Positions 39,601 through 48,193 of a stretch of DNA of 64,000 nt are shown piece by piece. Within the stretch, counting starts at the first letter, position 1. Every line of letters begins with the position of its first letter. Origin of the DNA: an uncultured bacterium (GTDB taxonomy: Bacteria; Chloroflexota; UBA5177; JANWHV01); assembly GCA_963827235.1 (NCBI GenBank), contig CAWHAE010000010.1:64001-128000 (forward strand), given 5' to 3'. The translations under genes were made by a program, and so were the position numbers. Below the pieces are notes generated by a model, which was not told the DNA's origin, did not search any database, and saw only the letters and a list, made by a program, of their open reading frames with translations.

Positions 39601-41976
39601 CGGGATGCCGGTGGTGGAGCCATACTCGTCCTGACCCAGGACGTAGTTGTCTCGCAGGCTGGCCTGCGTCGGACTGCTGTCGCTTACCGGGGGAATGTAG
39701 CCGCTTTCCGGCGCCAGACCCGACTCATCCGGATAGCGGAAGAAGGGTATCGAGTGATCGTCGCCCACGAGCACGACGAACTTCAGGGTGGTCCCGCCGC
39801 CGGACTGGTAGGCGCTCCGGTAGCCCTGAACGATGGACTTGATCTCGTTCGCTACCAGGTTCTTCGCCGCCGGACAGGCGGGGTTAGCGTCCGCCTGGCT
39901 GTTGGCATTGACGACGCGTGGGAACCGGCTCAGATCGACGACCTGGCCGTTCACGTCCGTGCGCGCCACGAAGGCCGTCATTTTGGACAGCAGCGTGGCG
40001 ACGTCGGCCGCGGAGTCACCTGCCCGTGCCGGGTCCCAGCGGGTGGAGTCCCACAGGATGAGGCTTTGGGGCGGGGCGCCGTTGACAGCAGCGATGGGAA
40101 GGCTTCCGTTGGTGCCGGAGACGGGCACGATGCCTCCGCAGACGCCGCCGGTCTGGCTGACCGTGAGCGTGAAGGCGCCGAGCGGCCCGGCGACGCGGAC
40201 GTAGAGATGTCCGGTCAGGTTCCAGGTGTTGCGCTGGATGCTGAGCGACGTCGCCGTCGGGCTCGTGGCGATTGCCATGAGGCTCTCTCGCGGCACGCTC
40301 TGGTAGGCGCCGGCAAGGTACCCGGAAGGCAGGTAGCCCGAAGGCAGGTAGCCGGAGGGGAGATACCCCGAAGGCAAGTAGCCGGACGGGAGATACCCCG
40401 AAGGCAGGTAGCCCGAAGGCAGGTAGCCCGAGGGCAGGTAGCCCGAAGGGAGATAGCCGGAAGGGAGATAGCCGGAAGGGAGATACCCGGAAGGGAGATA
40501 GCCGGAAGGGAGATAGCCCGAGGGCAGATAGCCGGAAGGCAAATAGCCGGAGGGAAGATAGCCGGAAGGGAGGTACCCGGAGGGGGCGTCCTGAATCGCC
40601 AGGTCGGCGGCGACCTGTGAGGCGGTGGAGGGATTGCTGAGGGCGCTATAGAGCTGGCGGATGTCGGAATGGAGGCTGATCACACTGCCCGCCGCGCCGC
40701 TGAAGGTGACCTGTACCTGCGCTCCCGGCTGAACGGGGAGGTCGTACCAACGCTCCTCCCCAATCGTGTAGATGCTTTGCGTGACGGTCGAGCTCCGCGA
40801 GCCGGCCACACCGTCCGGCCAGAGCTGGAGGGCCGTGTCCCAGGAGTCGTTGCCCTGGGTGGCGGTGACACAGGTGGAGAGCGACGAGGCCGGGCCGGAG
40901 GCAGTGCTGGCCGTGGCGGCGATCTGAGAGCCCACGGTATTGAGCGAGCCCTGCACGGAGGGCGAGAACGAGGCGTTGCCGGAGGCGTCCGTCTGCACGG
41001 ACGCGGTGCCTATCGGCGTACCGGGATTGCCGCAGGTTGCAGAGGAGTAGAAGGTGACCAGGTAGGTCGTGGATGGAGCAGCGCCTTCGAGCCCACCGAA
41101 AAGGGCCGTGGCGAAGGTGCCGGCGGACGTACCCGGATGTGTCTCCGCGAGCGTGAGAGCGGGGGCCGGCGGCGGCACCGGCGTCGAGGTAGCAGTGGCG
41201 GTGGCGGTGTCACTCGGCGTGGGCGTGCTCGTGGCGGTGTCACTCGGCGTGGGCGTGCTCGTGTTGGTGGCGGTCGGGGTGGGCGTGCTCGTGTTGGTGG
41301 CGGTCGGGGTGGGCGTGCTCGTATTCGTATCGGTGGACGTGGCCGTGCCGGTCGGAGTGGTGGTGCTCGTCGCCGTATCGGTCGGCACGGGAGGCGAACA
41401 GGTCACCGGCGCCGTGTAGTCCACGATACCGGAGCACTGGGCGCCGGCGATGTAGAGCGTGAACGAGTCGCCCTGGCTCAGCATGTAGGTGCCGTTATTG
41501 CCGGCAATGTAGTTGTCGTAGCCGTTGCCGAAGCTGAACGAGACCGGCCCGGAATCGGCGTACGTCCCGATGAGCAACCCGAGGTGATTGCCGTCCACGC
41601 CGGCGCTCCACGGCGTGTCGCCTGATTGGGCGTGCGTGTCGAAGAACGCCAGCTTGCTGGGGTCGGCGGGGTTAGTGGTCGGGTCGGGTCCGTAGTTGTG
41701 GCCGGTATAGCCGAGCGCGGTTGCATCGCAATACGGGCACGTGCTGGGACTGGGCGCGGCGCCAAATCCGGAGCCGCTGACCGTGACCGTGGGCGGATTC
41801 GTCGCGCTCGAGAAGGACACGCCGGCGATCGTGGCGCTGCCGGCGTGAGCAAGCGGGGTGGTGCCGGCCGGACGCCAGGCACCCGCCGCGGGCAGGACGA
41901 GGCACAGCACGGTGAGCACGGCAACGAGCCCGCGAAGAGCGAGGCGAATGCCGGCGTGGTAAGCGCGACGATCCAA
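36610..41976 (-). CDS. Large secreted protein: Ig-like domains, Thr/Pro linker, (PSGYL)18, gingipain-like peptidase C25 domain, C-terminal Ig-like repeats
   Basis: Signal peptide after a probable TTG start at 41976 (AGGAGAGG upstream); VVLVGDD..IPF, DIAVGRL, FLAGHF and LGCHGG (His/Cys dyad). Confidence 0.8.
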   Translation of the reverse strand: MDRRAYHAGIRLALRGLVAVLTVLCLVLPAAGAWRPAGTTPLAHAGSATIAGVSFSSATNPPTVTVSGSGFGAAPSPSTCPYCDATALGYTGHNYGPDPTTNPADPSKLAFFDTHAQSGDTPWSAGVDGNHLGLLIGTYADSGPVSFSFGNGYDNYIAGNNGTYMLSQGDSFTLYIAGAQCSGIVDYTAPVTCSPPVPTDTATSTTTPTGTATSTDTNTSTPTPTATNTSTPTPTATNTSTPTPSDTATSTPTPSDTATATATSTPVPPPAPALTLAETHPGTSAGTFATALFGGLEGAAPSTTYLVTFYSSATCGNPGTPIGTASVQTDASGNASFSPSVQGSLNTVGSQIAATASTASGPASSLSTCVTATQGNDSWDTALQLWPDGVAGSRSSTVTQSIYTIGEERWYDLPVQPGAQVQVTFSGAAGSVISLHSDIRQLYSALSNPSTASQVAADLAIQDAPSGYLPSGYLPSGYLPSGYLPSGYLPSGYLPSGYLPSGYLPSGYLPSGYLPSGYLPSGYLPSGYLPSGYLPSGYLPSGYLPSGYLPSGYLAGAYQSVPRESLMAIATSPTATSLSIQRNTWNLTGHLYVRVAGPLGAFTLTVSQTGGVCGGIVPVSGTNGSLPIAAVNGAPPQSLILWDSTRWDPARAGDSAADVATLLSKMTAFVARTDVNGQVVDLSRFPRVVNANSQADANPACPAAKNLVANEIKSIVQGYRSAYQSGGGTTLKFVVLVGDDHSIPFFRYPDESGLAPESGYIPPVSDSSPTQASLRDNYVLGQDEYGSTTGIPRGDHTMPIPDIAVGRLVDTAAEASRMLDAYTAANGVITPGSALVTGYDFVADAATSVSAELSAGINQAGCSATGTCVAVDQLIAPQGVASTDPSVWTADDLRRKLYGSRHDVVFLAGHFSAGNLLASDYATQLSAAEVVTSTANLTNTLVMALGCHGGLNIPGQDAISGISPSPDWPEAMAEKGATLLAATGYAYGDTVLTEYGERLFVDVAQQLRTGTGAVPIGVASVAAKQEYLNTHVDLAGIDEKTLLETTLYGLPMLRMNMPGQRLTPAASSSIVTSSTGEATGPGAKLGLSIGQDAGGSTDIAVSPASTPQSAQLTDPSGNNPVTASWYSGASGVVAHALDPIFPLQLYNASLPNQVLRGIGFRGGSFTDLPNLTPMTVAPSTENSVAHPAFFSDVFYPTQVWSANYFDTVDGLSGGLTSLAVAPAQYQSSAPGSTTGTIRLFTGLTFRLYYMGSTALNTQIAAGVALDPAPDIVGATTSTDSNGNVAFQVRAQNGLLPSGAEDLQDVWITYYDPAGARRWQSLDLTASASDPTLWTGTVSGLSGGTVYMVQAANATGLVSLDTNDGAYFTIAPLSPPTQYMPTLTVQSPPASGAYLSSVQLTVSLQSAGKGLPNQTIGVHLGSQEAAAATGGDGLAVMSLPLSQPPGTYSLWASYAGGTVSAATAYSAVSSGVGAFTVTPAQTTLTLSPQTAGTIYGSAAPTGVVATLRSGGSGLPQKSLYFTIDGGSLGVAHAFAITDQTGKATLGALSLPAGSYTVSAAFASAIGDPTVAYTDPDYQGSSTPASTTLTILPAGQTIAFALLPNRLLGGAPFTVSASGGGSGNAVTFGAAPPSVCVSSGTSGSTITLVGVGTCTITANQPGNADYLAAAPVAQSFAVAYPPLYLTMTLSASPSGPVTTGSIVTAGFSLGNHTATTQTVAGQVTLTYTGSHGSLSVGIPFAVRLAAGQTVGRSAAFPVTRSFPRGTYVLAVTAKDGSGHAAAGSVTLTVV
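39306..39388. repeat. 83-bp segment duplicated at 60831-60913
   Basis: 80 of 83 positions identical, same orientation. Confidence 0.92.
40315..40584 (-). repeat. 18 x 15-bp coding repeat encoding PSGYL
   Basis: 270 bp; the peptide is invariant while codons vary synonymously. Confidence 0.97.
41185..41380 (-). repeat. 30-bp coding repeats of a Thr/Pro/Ser-rich linker (TATNTSTPTP / SDTATSTPTP)
   Basis: Repeated gggcgtgctcgt units. Confidence 0.85.
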
Positions 41977-42465
41977 GATGACGTCACCTCTCCTTGAGGC
42001 CGGCGCCAAGAGCGCCGAACTTTTGCTTCCGTCCGCGCCGATCAAGGCGGTTGCCGGCTTCTGGCCGGCACCAACGCCGTTGTTGGAGCGATCGATGGCT
42101 GATCCCGGCTCAGCGCATGCCCGCGGTGGGAATGCGATCGAGCCGAATGGCCAGGCGCGCCGCCTGCCGGATATGCATCCTCCACGGCGCGGCCGGGGCA
42201 GGCGTGGCCGGTGGCGAGCGGGGCCGGGTCAACCGTCCTAGCGTGCCAGCCCGGCCATTCTCCTCCAGGCTACTCAGCAATAACGATAGTATACGCTGCT
42301 TAAAGTAGTTTACCGATTGGCGGCGTATGAGCCGGCTTTGCGCCTTCTCCAACCGACAGATCGATGCCGGGAATTCGCCCGTGAGGGTCGGGCGACATGG
42401 CGCCGGTCAAGCCAAGACCCTGGAATCGACGTCGACCAACTCTGGCCCGGGCATGGACCCGAACA

Positions 42466-42485
42466 TACACGTCTATTGACGTGTA
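42466..42485. promoter_or_regulatory. Inverted repeat overlapping a -35 element, probable TA operator
   Basis: TACACGTC-tatt-GACGTGTA containing TTGACG. Confidence 0.65.
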
Positions 42486-42560
42486 GTTTGACACGCGATA
42501 CTCTCTGCACCGGGCGTGTAGCTCGCCCGTAGCGAACCGCACACAGGAAGGCTGACGTTT

Positions 42561-42818
42561 GTGAACAGCACGATAAAGCGAACCTACAACCTCTCGCCCG
42601 AGACTGTCGCCACCGTCAAGCGTCTCGCCGAGATCGAGCACCTCGCCGCGACGCAAGACGCCGTAGTAGAATACGCCATCGCAGAGTTAAGCCGACACCT
42701 CCGCGACGCCCAAGACGCCCAGAGCTGGAGCGCTGCCGGTGACGATGGCGATCTCCAGCAGGAACTGCACGAGATCGAGGCCGACCTGCCGGCGGCCGAC
42801 CTGGCTCCATGGGAATGA
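42561..42818 (+). CDS. Antitoxin of a MazEF-like system (RHH-like N-terminus, acidic tail)
   Basis: KRTYNLSPET; acidic C-terminus; ATGA overlap with the toxin. Confidence 0.7.
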   Translation: MNSTIKRTYNLSPETVATVKRLAEIEHLAATQDAVVEYAIAELSRHLRDAQDAQSWSAAGDDGDLQQELHEIEADLPAADLAPWE

Positions 42819-43222
42819 TTGGCTCCTCGAGGCCCCTCCGCTGGGCGGTAGTGCTCGCGAGCCTCGACCCTACCACCGGCCACGAGCAGGGTGGTACTCG
42901 GCGTGCACTCGTCGTTTCCTATGAGCCATTCCATCACGCGGCCGTGGCCACGATCTGTCCGATTACGGCGGCGAGACGTGCGCCGCGCTACCCCAACGAA
43001 GTAGCAATCCCCATAGGCGAAGCCGGCCAGACGCGAGCAGGTGTCATCCTCTGCCACCAAGTGCGCACTATCTCACTGCTACGTATCGGCAACGCACTCG
43101 CGCCAGTCGGCTACCTCGCCGATCCCAGTTTGCGTGAACAGGTACGGAACGCCCTGGCGCGGCATCTTGGACTTGATGTCCCCCCAGGCGCAGACGGCGC
43201 GACGGGTCATCGCGTCTTCTAG
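42815..43222 (+). CDS. mazF: PemK/MazF family toxin
   Basis: LDPTTGHEQGGTRRALVVS, ICPIT, ILCHQVRTIS..R. Confidence 0.88.
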   Translation: MIGSSRPLRWAVVLASLDPTTGHEQGGTRRALVVSYEPFHHAAVATICPITAARRAPRYPNEVAIPIGEAGQTRAGVILCHQVRTISLLRIGNALAPVGYLADPSLREQVRNALARHLGLDVPPGADGATGHRVF

Positions 43223-43380
43223 AGTCTTGCAACCACGAGCAGCGAACGGTAAAGCGCGCTGCGCGAGAATTGGTGCTCCGCGCCATGCTGCACGGCATCG
43301 GCTCGAGATCTGGCTACGCAGAACAGTTGCATAGGGGGTGCGGAAAAGTTTCTGCTTCTCAGAAGAAGGGGCGCCGGGCG

Positions 43381-44220
43381 TCAGCCCGCAGTAGGCGCCG
43401 CGAGAGGCCGGGCCACGACCAATAGCGAGCGACCGGGCGGATCGGACCAGGCCGCATCGGAGCGCTGCTCAGCCAACCAGCCGGCCTTTTTGAGCAGCTC
43501 AAGGTGCTGGGCCACGGGCAGGATGGTTCGCCAGGGCTCGGTCGCGCCCGAACGGCGCCGCGCGTTGGCCGCTGCCGCGACCTGGACGGAGTCCGCCTCC
43601 TCGCGATGGACGGCCAGACTGGCGGCCAGTCTGCTGCCGGCGGCTGCCCGTCCATGGAGAGCGGAAAGCAGCCGGAGGATGGTCGGCTCGTCCAGGTAGA
43701 CGAGAAGACCCTCGCACAGGAACAGGGTGGCGCGATCCGCCCGGTGTCCGCAGGCAGCCAGCGCGGTGCCGGCGTCGCCGGAGCGAAAGTCGACGGACAC
43801 CAGGGTGGGTCCGCCCTGTTCCGGTCGCTCTCCCATCTCGTGCAGACGACGAGCTTTGTCGGCCTGAGTGCCCGGGTGGTCGAGCTCGAAAAAGCGCACG
43901 CCGTCGGTGCGGAAGCGTAACGCACGGTCGTCGTAGCCGGCGCCGCAGATCGCCACCTGCTGCACGCCGGCCGCGAGCGCGTCGAGTACCTGCCGGTCGA
44001 AGAACCGGGTACGGGCTACGATCTGAGACCACAGCGTGCCCGAGGCAGGGCGCATGCCGGCGCAGAGGCGGCGTTGCGCCTCCGGGTCACCTTGCGGGCT
44101 GCAGGGACGGTCCAGCTCGGCGCGGATCAGGGCTACTGCCCGGCTCGTCCGGGAGAGCCCGTCCTCGGGCAACTGGTCCGCAGCTGGCCGCGGATTGGAT
44201 GAAACAGGCGGAGGCATCAT
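43381..44220 (-). CDS. SAM-dependent methyltransferase (leucine carboxyl methyltransferase-like)
   Basis: ARTRFFD, QVAICGAGYDDRALR, FELDHP.TQ..K, CEGLLVYL. Confidence 0.88.
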   Translation of the reverse strand: MMPPPVSSNPRPAADQLPEDGLSRTSRAVALIRAELDRPCSPQGDPEAQRRLCAGMRPASGTLWSQIVARTRFFDRQVLDALAAGVQQVAICGAGYDDRALRFRTDGVRFFELDHPGTQADKARRLHEMGERPEQGGPTLVSVDFRSGDAGTALAACGHRADRATLFLCEGLLVYLDEPTILRLLSALHGRAAAGSRLAASLAVHREEADSVQVAAAANARRRSGATEPWRTILPVAQHLELLKKAGWLAEQRSDAAWSDPPGRSLLVVARPLAAPTAG

Positions 44221-44239
44221 GCTACCGATGGTACAGCAT

Positions 44240-44447
44240 GGCGTTCCGCAGGTGCGTCCTTGCCGCTGAGCGCAGTACCGCTCCAGCTCGAAAGCCAGCC
44301 AGCTTCATTGCCGGAACATCCACCGGCTCGCCAGTCTGGAAGTTGCGAGCACGGCCGGCCTTGCGCTGTCGCGTGTAGAACGTGCCAAAGCGTATTAGCT
44401 GCACCTTCTGGCCCTTCTGCAGACTCTTCTGGACCACGTCCAGTGTT
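44240..44447 (-). pseudogene. 5'-truncated HU/IHF DNA-binding protein
   Basis: GQKVQLIRFGTF..RQRKAGRARNFQTGE.V..PA....FRAG..LR; first helices missing. Confidence 0.8.
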
Positions 44448-44666
44448 TGCTACTCGGGTGGCAGTGAGCCGATCTTTGTTGAGGAGATCTCCTGGCACAA
44501 CCCCAACCTGATTATCCTATCAGGCAAGGATCAAGACCTCAACGAGTGCACGGTACTGGTTCACATGAGCGCCCTAGCGCTCGTGCTCAAGCGGATTAAG
44601 GTCTCCCAACCTGTCCAGCACAAGCCAATCGGCTTTCTTGGTTGCCGCGACGCGGATCAGAAGTGA
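44448..44666 (+). pseudogene. 5'-truncated DUF6173-like gene
   Basis: IFVEEISWHNPNLIILSGKDQD...LVHMS...KPIGF resembles the DUF6173 C-terminal half. Confidence 0.5.
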
Positions 44667-44756
44667 ACTGCTTGCGGCAGCAACTGAGTACGCCCGCGAT
44701 AGTGCCGTGCTCGGCGAAGAGATACCGAGCAAAGCCCTTATAGGTTGTGGGGATGG

Positions 44757-45236
44757 CTATGGGTTTGTCGCCGGCCCATGATCGATTAGGGGCAGTTCAA
44801 CAGTGGCAAGCAAATCTGCTGGTGTTAGCACGGAAATGCCGAAGGCGCTCTCAATGTCGGCGCTTCTGTTGACCAGATGCCGTCTGTCGTAGGAATCGAT
44901 AAAGTCGGCCCCGGCTTGGACTGCGCCGGCAACAATCGGAGCATCCTTGAGTTCGACCGTGCCCGCTGCTTGCTCAATCAGTTCTCGGCTCGGGCTGGCA
45001 AGATGGCCAGAGAGTTGACCGCGGAGTGCCATAAAGCGTGGCAAGCCCTGAGGCGCTTTCAGAGTGAGATTGCGCTCAACTTCCTCAAGCACGGTGCGCG
45101 AAAGGCATACCTCAATATCGCCTCGATCGGCGTAGGTGAGTAGATCGGCAGCGGAGCCGATGGAGGAAAGGCAAGCAGCGAGAAGCACACTGCTATCAAG
45201 AAATACCTTAGTTTTGTTTGTCGTCTGTGAGTCCAT
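44757..45236 (-). CDS. PIN-domain (VapC-like) toxin
   Basis: VFLDSSVL, EEVERNL, KDAPIVAGA, SYDRRHL. Confidence 0.88.
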   Translation of the reverse strand: MDSQTTNKTKVFLDSSVLLAACLSSIGSAADLLTYADRGDIEVCLSRTVLEEVERNLTLKAPQGLPRFMALRGQLSGHLASPSRELIEQAAGTVELKDAPIVAGAVQAGADFIDSYDRRHLVNRSADIESAFGISVLTPADLLATVELPLIDHGPATNP

Positions 45237-45510
45237 AAGCCTCTTTGATCAGTTCGCCTCGTATCTCACGGCCTGACTCGATGAGCTGCTCGAAGGTGAG
45301 CCCCGAGGACTTGAGTACTTGATCAAGTTCGGCAATCTCGCGACGAGTGATCAGCTCTGAAGGGGTTATAAGAATGCCCTCGGCTGTCTCTGTTACGGCA
45401 ACCAGGTCGCCCTTCTTGATGCCCAGCCTGCGGCGTACCTCAGCCGGCAGGGTCACTTGGCCCTTCTCCTGAACTCGTGTGTACTTTTGCGCTGGCATGT
45501 TCTCTTCCAT
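45208..45510 (-). CDS. AbrB/MazE/SpoVT-type antitoxin
   Basis: KGQVTLPAEVRRRLGIKKGD; aagtcata tandem repeat just upstream (45518-45533). Confidence 0.9.
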   Translation of the reverse strand: MEENMPAQKYTRVQEKGQVTLPAEVRRRLGIKKGDLVAVTETAEGILITPSELITRREIAELDQVLKSSGLTFEQLIESGREIRGELIKEAYGLTDDKQN

Positions 45511-45789
45511 AATCGTGAAGTCATAAAGTCATACTTTCCGATATTGTAGAGCAGGTATGCTGTCGGCGTCAAGTGGGGCTTGCTCGGGTGCTCACTAGGG
45601 CTGAGCGGCGTCAGCGGATCGGACTCAGCGGCCATCAGTGGTGTGCGTAAATCGATACGTGCTGACCGCTGGTACTCCTCCGGAGCGGTGTTGAGAATGC
45701 CGCACAACTCCGGAACCAAAGCTCATGTTTCCAACGTCGAAAGAAAAAGTACCTGGACTAACCGTCTATGATTGTCGTAGCGTAGAGGC

Positions 45790-46902
45790 ATGCAAAGCCA
45801 ACCATGTTTACCGGTCGCGGCCGCGGACGAGGCGGGACAGGACACGTCGAGCACGACACGGCCGCCGGAACACACCCTGTCTCGCGCGCTCCGCGTGAGT
45901 CGACGCCGGATCGCCACGACGGCACCTGGAGTAGCCTTGTGCCTCGCGCTGGCCACCGTCGCCAGCCTGCTGGGACACGTCGAGCCGGTGATAGGCGGCG
46001 CCGTGATCGCCATCGTATTCGGTATTCTGTTGCGCAACACGGTCGGCGTTGCTCCGGCGTGCAGCCCGGGCGTGCGGCTATCCAGCAAGCTGATCCTGCA
46101 GGTGGCGATCGCCGTTCTGGGAGCCGGTCTCAGTCTGCGCCAAGTCTGGACCACCGGCACGGCCTCGCTCGCCGTGCTGCTCGGCACGCTGGTGCTGGGC
46201 ATCCCGATCATTCTCCTGCTGAGCCGCCTGCTCGGCGTCGACCGCACGCTCGGGCGGCTGATCGCCGTGGGTACCGGTATCTGCGGCGCCTCGGCTATCG
46301 GAGCGCTGGCGCCTATCCTGGGCGCGGAGGAAGGCGCCACGGCCTATGCGATCGCCACCGTCTTTCTGTTCAACGTGGCCGGCGTGCTCCTGTTCCCCCC
46401 CATCGGCCGGCTCTTCGGCTTCAGCGCCCACGGCTTCGGTCTCTGGGCCGGCACCGCGATCAACGACACCTCGTCCGTGGTCGCGGCCGGCTACAGCTTC
46501 AGCGCCGCGGCAGGGGCGTATGCCGTGATCGTCAAGCTGACGCGCACCCTGATGATCGTGCCGGTCAGCCTGATCTTCGCCGCCGTGGTGGCGCGCGAGC
46601 GGCGCAGTCAGGCCTCCGGCGACGCGCTGCTGGCCGAGCGTGCTCGCGTGCCGCGATTCATACTCTGGTTCGTGCTGGCCAGCACGCTGAACACTCTCGG
46701 CCTGTTCGGCACGTGGGGCGCGCACTCGTTATCCGCCCTGGGCCAGTTTCTGATCGTGGTTGCCCTTGCCGGCGTGGGCCTCTCCGCCGACCTGCGAGCC
46801 ATGGCACGGACCGGCTTCCGGCCGATCCTGGTTGGGTTGCTGGGCTGGCTGTGCGTGGCCGCCCTGAGCCTTCTCCTGCAGCAGCTCACAGGCATGCGGT
46901 GA
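45790..46902 (+). CDS. YeiH family (putative sulfate exporter) membrane protein
   Basis: GTGICGASAI, GLWAGTAINDTSSVVAAG, VKLTR. Confidence 0.9.
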   Translation: MQSQPCLPVAAADEAGQDTSSTTRPPEHTLSRALRVSRRRIATTAPGVALCLALATVASLLGHVEPVIGGAVIAIVFGILLRNTVGVAPACSPGVRLSSKLILQVAIAVLGAGLSLRQVWTTGTASLAVLLGTLVLGIPIILLLSRLLGVDRTLGRLIAVGTGICGASAIGALAPILGAEEGATAYAIATVFLFNVAGVLLFPPIGRLFGFSAHGFGLWAGTAINDTSSVVAAGYSFSAAAGAYAVIVKLTRTLMIVPVSLIFAAVVARERRSQASGDALLAERARVPRFILWFVLASTLNTLGLFGTWGAHSLSALGQFLIVVALAGVGLSADLRAMARTGFRPILVGLLGWLCVAALSLLLQQLTGMR

Positions 46903-47025
46903 AGCGCATAACAGCGGGCAGATGCAGGAACGGCTGCCGCCATGCGGAGTCAGTATGGCTCGCCCAATGCGCTCGTCCTTGACGCGCACATCCGGCCGCC
47001 GGAGTGACTGGAAGCCGCGAGCTCG

Positions 47026-47844
47026 ATGCTTTCGCTAGTAGTGCTCGTTCTGATAGGCGCCGGCGTGGGGGCCTACGGCACGCTGATCGGGGCGGGAGGC
47101 GGATTCGTGCTGGTCCCCGTGCTGCTGTTGCTGTATCCGCACCTGGCGCCTACCACGATCACGTCGATCTCCCTGGCCGTGGTATGCGCCAACGCGGCGT
47201 CGGGCAGCGCCGCCTACGCGCGCATGAAGCGCATCGATTTCGCTACCGGACGACTGTTCGCCCTGGCTACCATCCCGGGCGCCGTGGTCGGCGTTTTCGC
47301 CAATGGCCTGTTCAGCCGCGGACCGTTCGACAAGCTGCTCGGCGCACTTCTGGTTCTTCTGTCTGTTGGGCTTGTCGCGCGGCCCGGCGCGAGCACCGGG
47401 GCGCTGCCCGAGCGTGCAGCGCGCGGCCATGTGACGCGCACGGTGGTTGATGCAAGCGGCACGACCTACACCTACACGTACAACCGCTGGCTCGGGCTCG
47501 GTCTGAGCGGCGTGGTTGGTTTCCTGTCCAGCCTGCTCGGCATCGGCGGCGGCATCATTCACGTACCGGCCATGGTGCAGCTGCTCGATATTCCGCCGCA
47601 CGTGGCGACCGCGACCTCGCACTTCGTGCTGGCCATGACCTCGGGCGCAGGCAGCGCCGTCCACCTGGCCCGGGGCGATTTCGCCGGTGTTGCCGCGCGG
47701 ACCATCGCCCTGGCAGTGGGAGTCGTGCCGGGTGCCCAAGCCGGTGCCGTGCTCTCGGGGCGAATACGGGGCGCATGGATCATGCGGCTGCTCGCCCTGG
47801 CGCTGGCGGCGGTGGGACTCCGCCTGCTGCTGGGCACGAGCTGA
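47026..47844 (+). CDS. TauE/SafE sulfite exporter family protein
   Basis: GTLIGAGGGFVLVP and SSLLGIGGGIIHVP duplicated halves; ATATSHF. Confidence 0.9.
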   Translation: MLSLVVLVLIGAGVGAYGTLIGAGGGFVLVPVLLLLYPHLAPTTITSISLAVVCANAASGSAAYARMKRIDFATGRLFALATIPGAVVGVFANGLFSRGPFDKLLGALLVLLSVGLVARPGASTGALPERAARGHVTRTVVDASGTTYTYTYNRWLGLGLSGVVGFLSSLLGIGGGIIHVPAMVQLLDIPPHVATATSHFVLAMTSGAGSAVHLARGDFAGVAARTIALAVGVVPGAQAGAVLSGRIRGAWIMRLLALALAAVGLRLLLGTS

Positions 47845-47853
47845 TCGCCGTGC

Positions 47854-47882
47854 TTGTATACCGTAGGGGGGTAAGGTAGAAT
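47854..47882 (+). promoter_or_regulatory. Promoter with embedded CsoR-type G-tract operator
   Basis: TTGTAT-N17-TAGAAT enclosing TACC-GTAGGGG-GGTA. Confidence 0.75.
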
Positions 47883-47904
47883 GTAACAGTAGGAGAGTAG
47901 CGGC

Positions 47905-48189
47905 GTGGAAACGACGACGACAGTGGATCAACCGCAGGCGAACGCGGCCGCGGAACGACTGCAGGCCCGCCTGGCACGAATCGAAGGCCAGATTCGCGGC
48001 ATCGGCAAGATGATCGGCGAAGGCCGGCGCTGCGACCAGATCCTGGTGCAGATCCTGGCCGCGCGAGCCGCGCTCGAGAAGGTAGCGGCGGCAATCGTGG
48101 AGAGCAGCATCGACGAGTGCCTGGCCTCCGTGCCGGAGGAGACCAGGCGGGCGCTGAACAGCAGCGTCGGCCTCCTGACTCAGATCTGA
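47905..48189 (+). CDS. CsoR/RcnR family regulator (CstR-like, lacks the metal-binding His)
   Basis: RLARIEGQIRGI..MI....CDQILVQI.A...AL; second Cys in SSIDECL. Confidence 0.88.
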   Translation: METTTTVDQPQANAAAERLQARLARIEGQIRGIGKMIGEGRRCDQILVQILAARAALEKVAAAIVESSIDECLASVPEETRRALNSSVGLLTQI

Positions 48190-48193
48190 GCCG

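Noticed and set aside
40315-40584. Possible CRISPR or non-coding satellite
   Set aside because: In-frame 15-bp coding repeat with only synonymous variation
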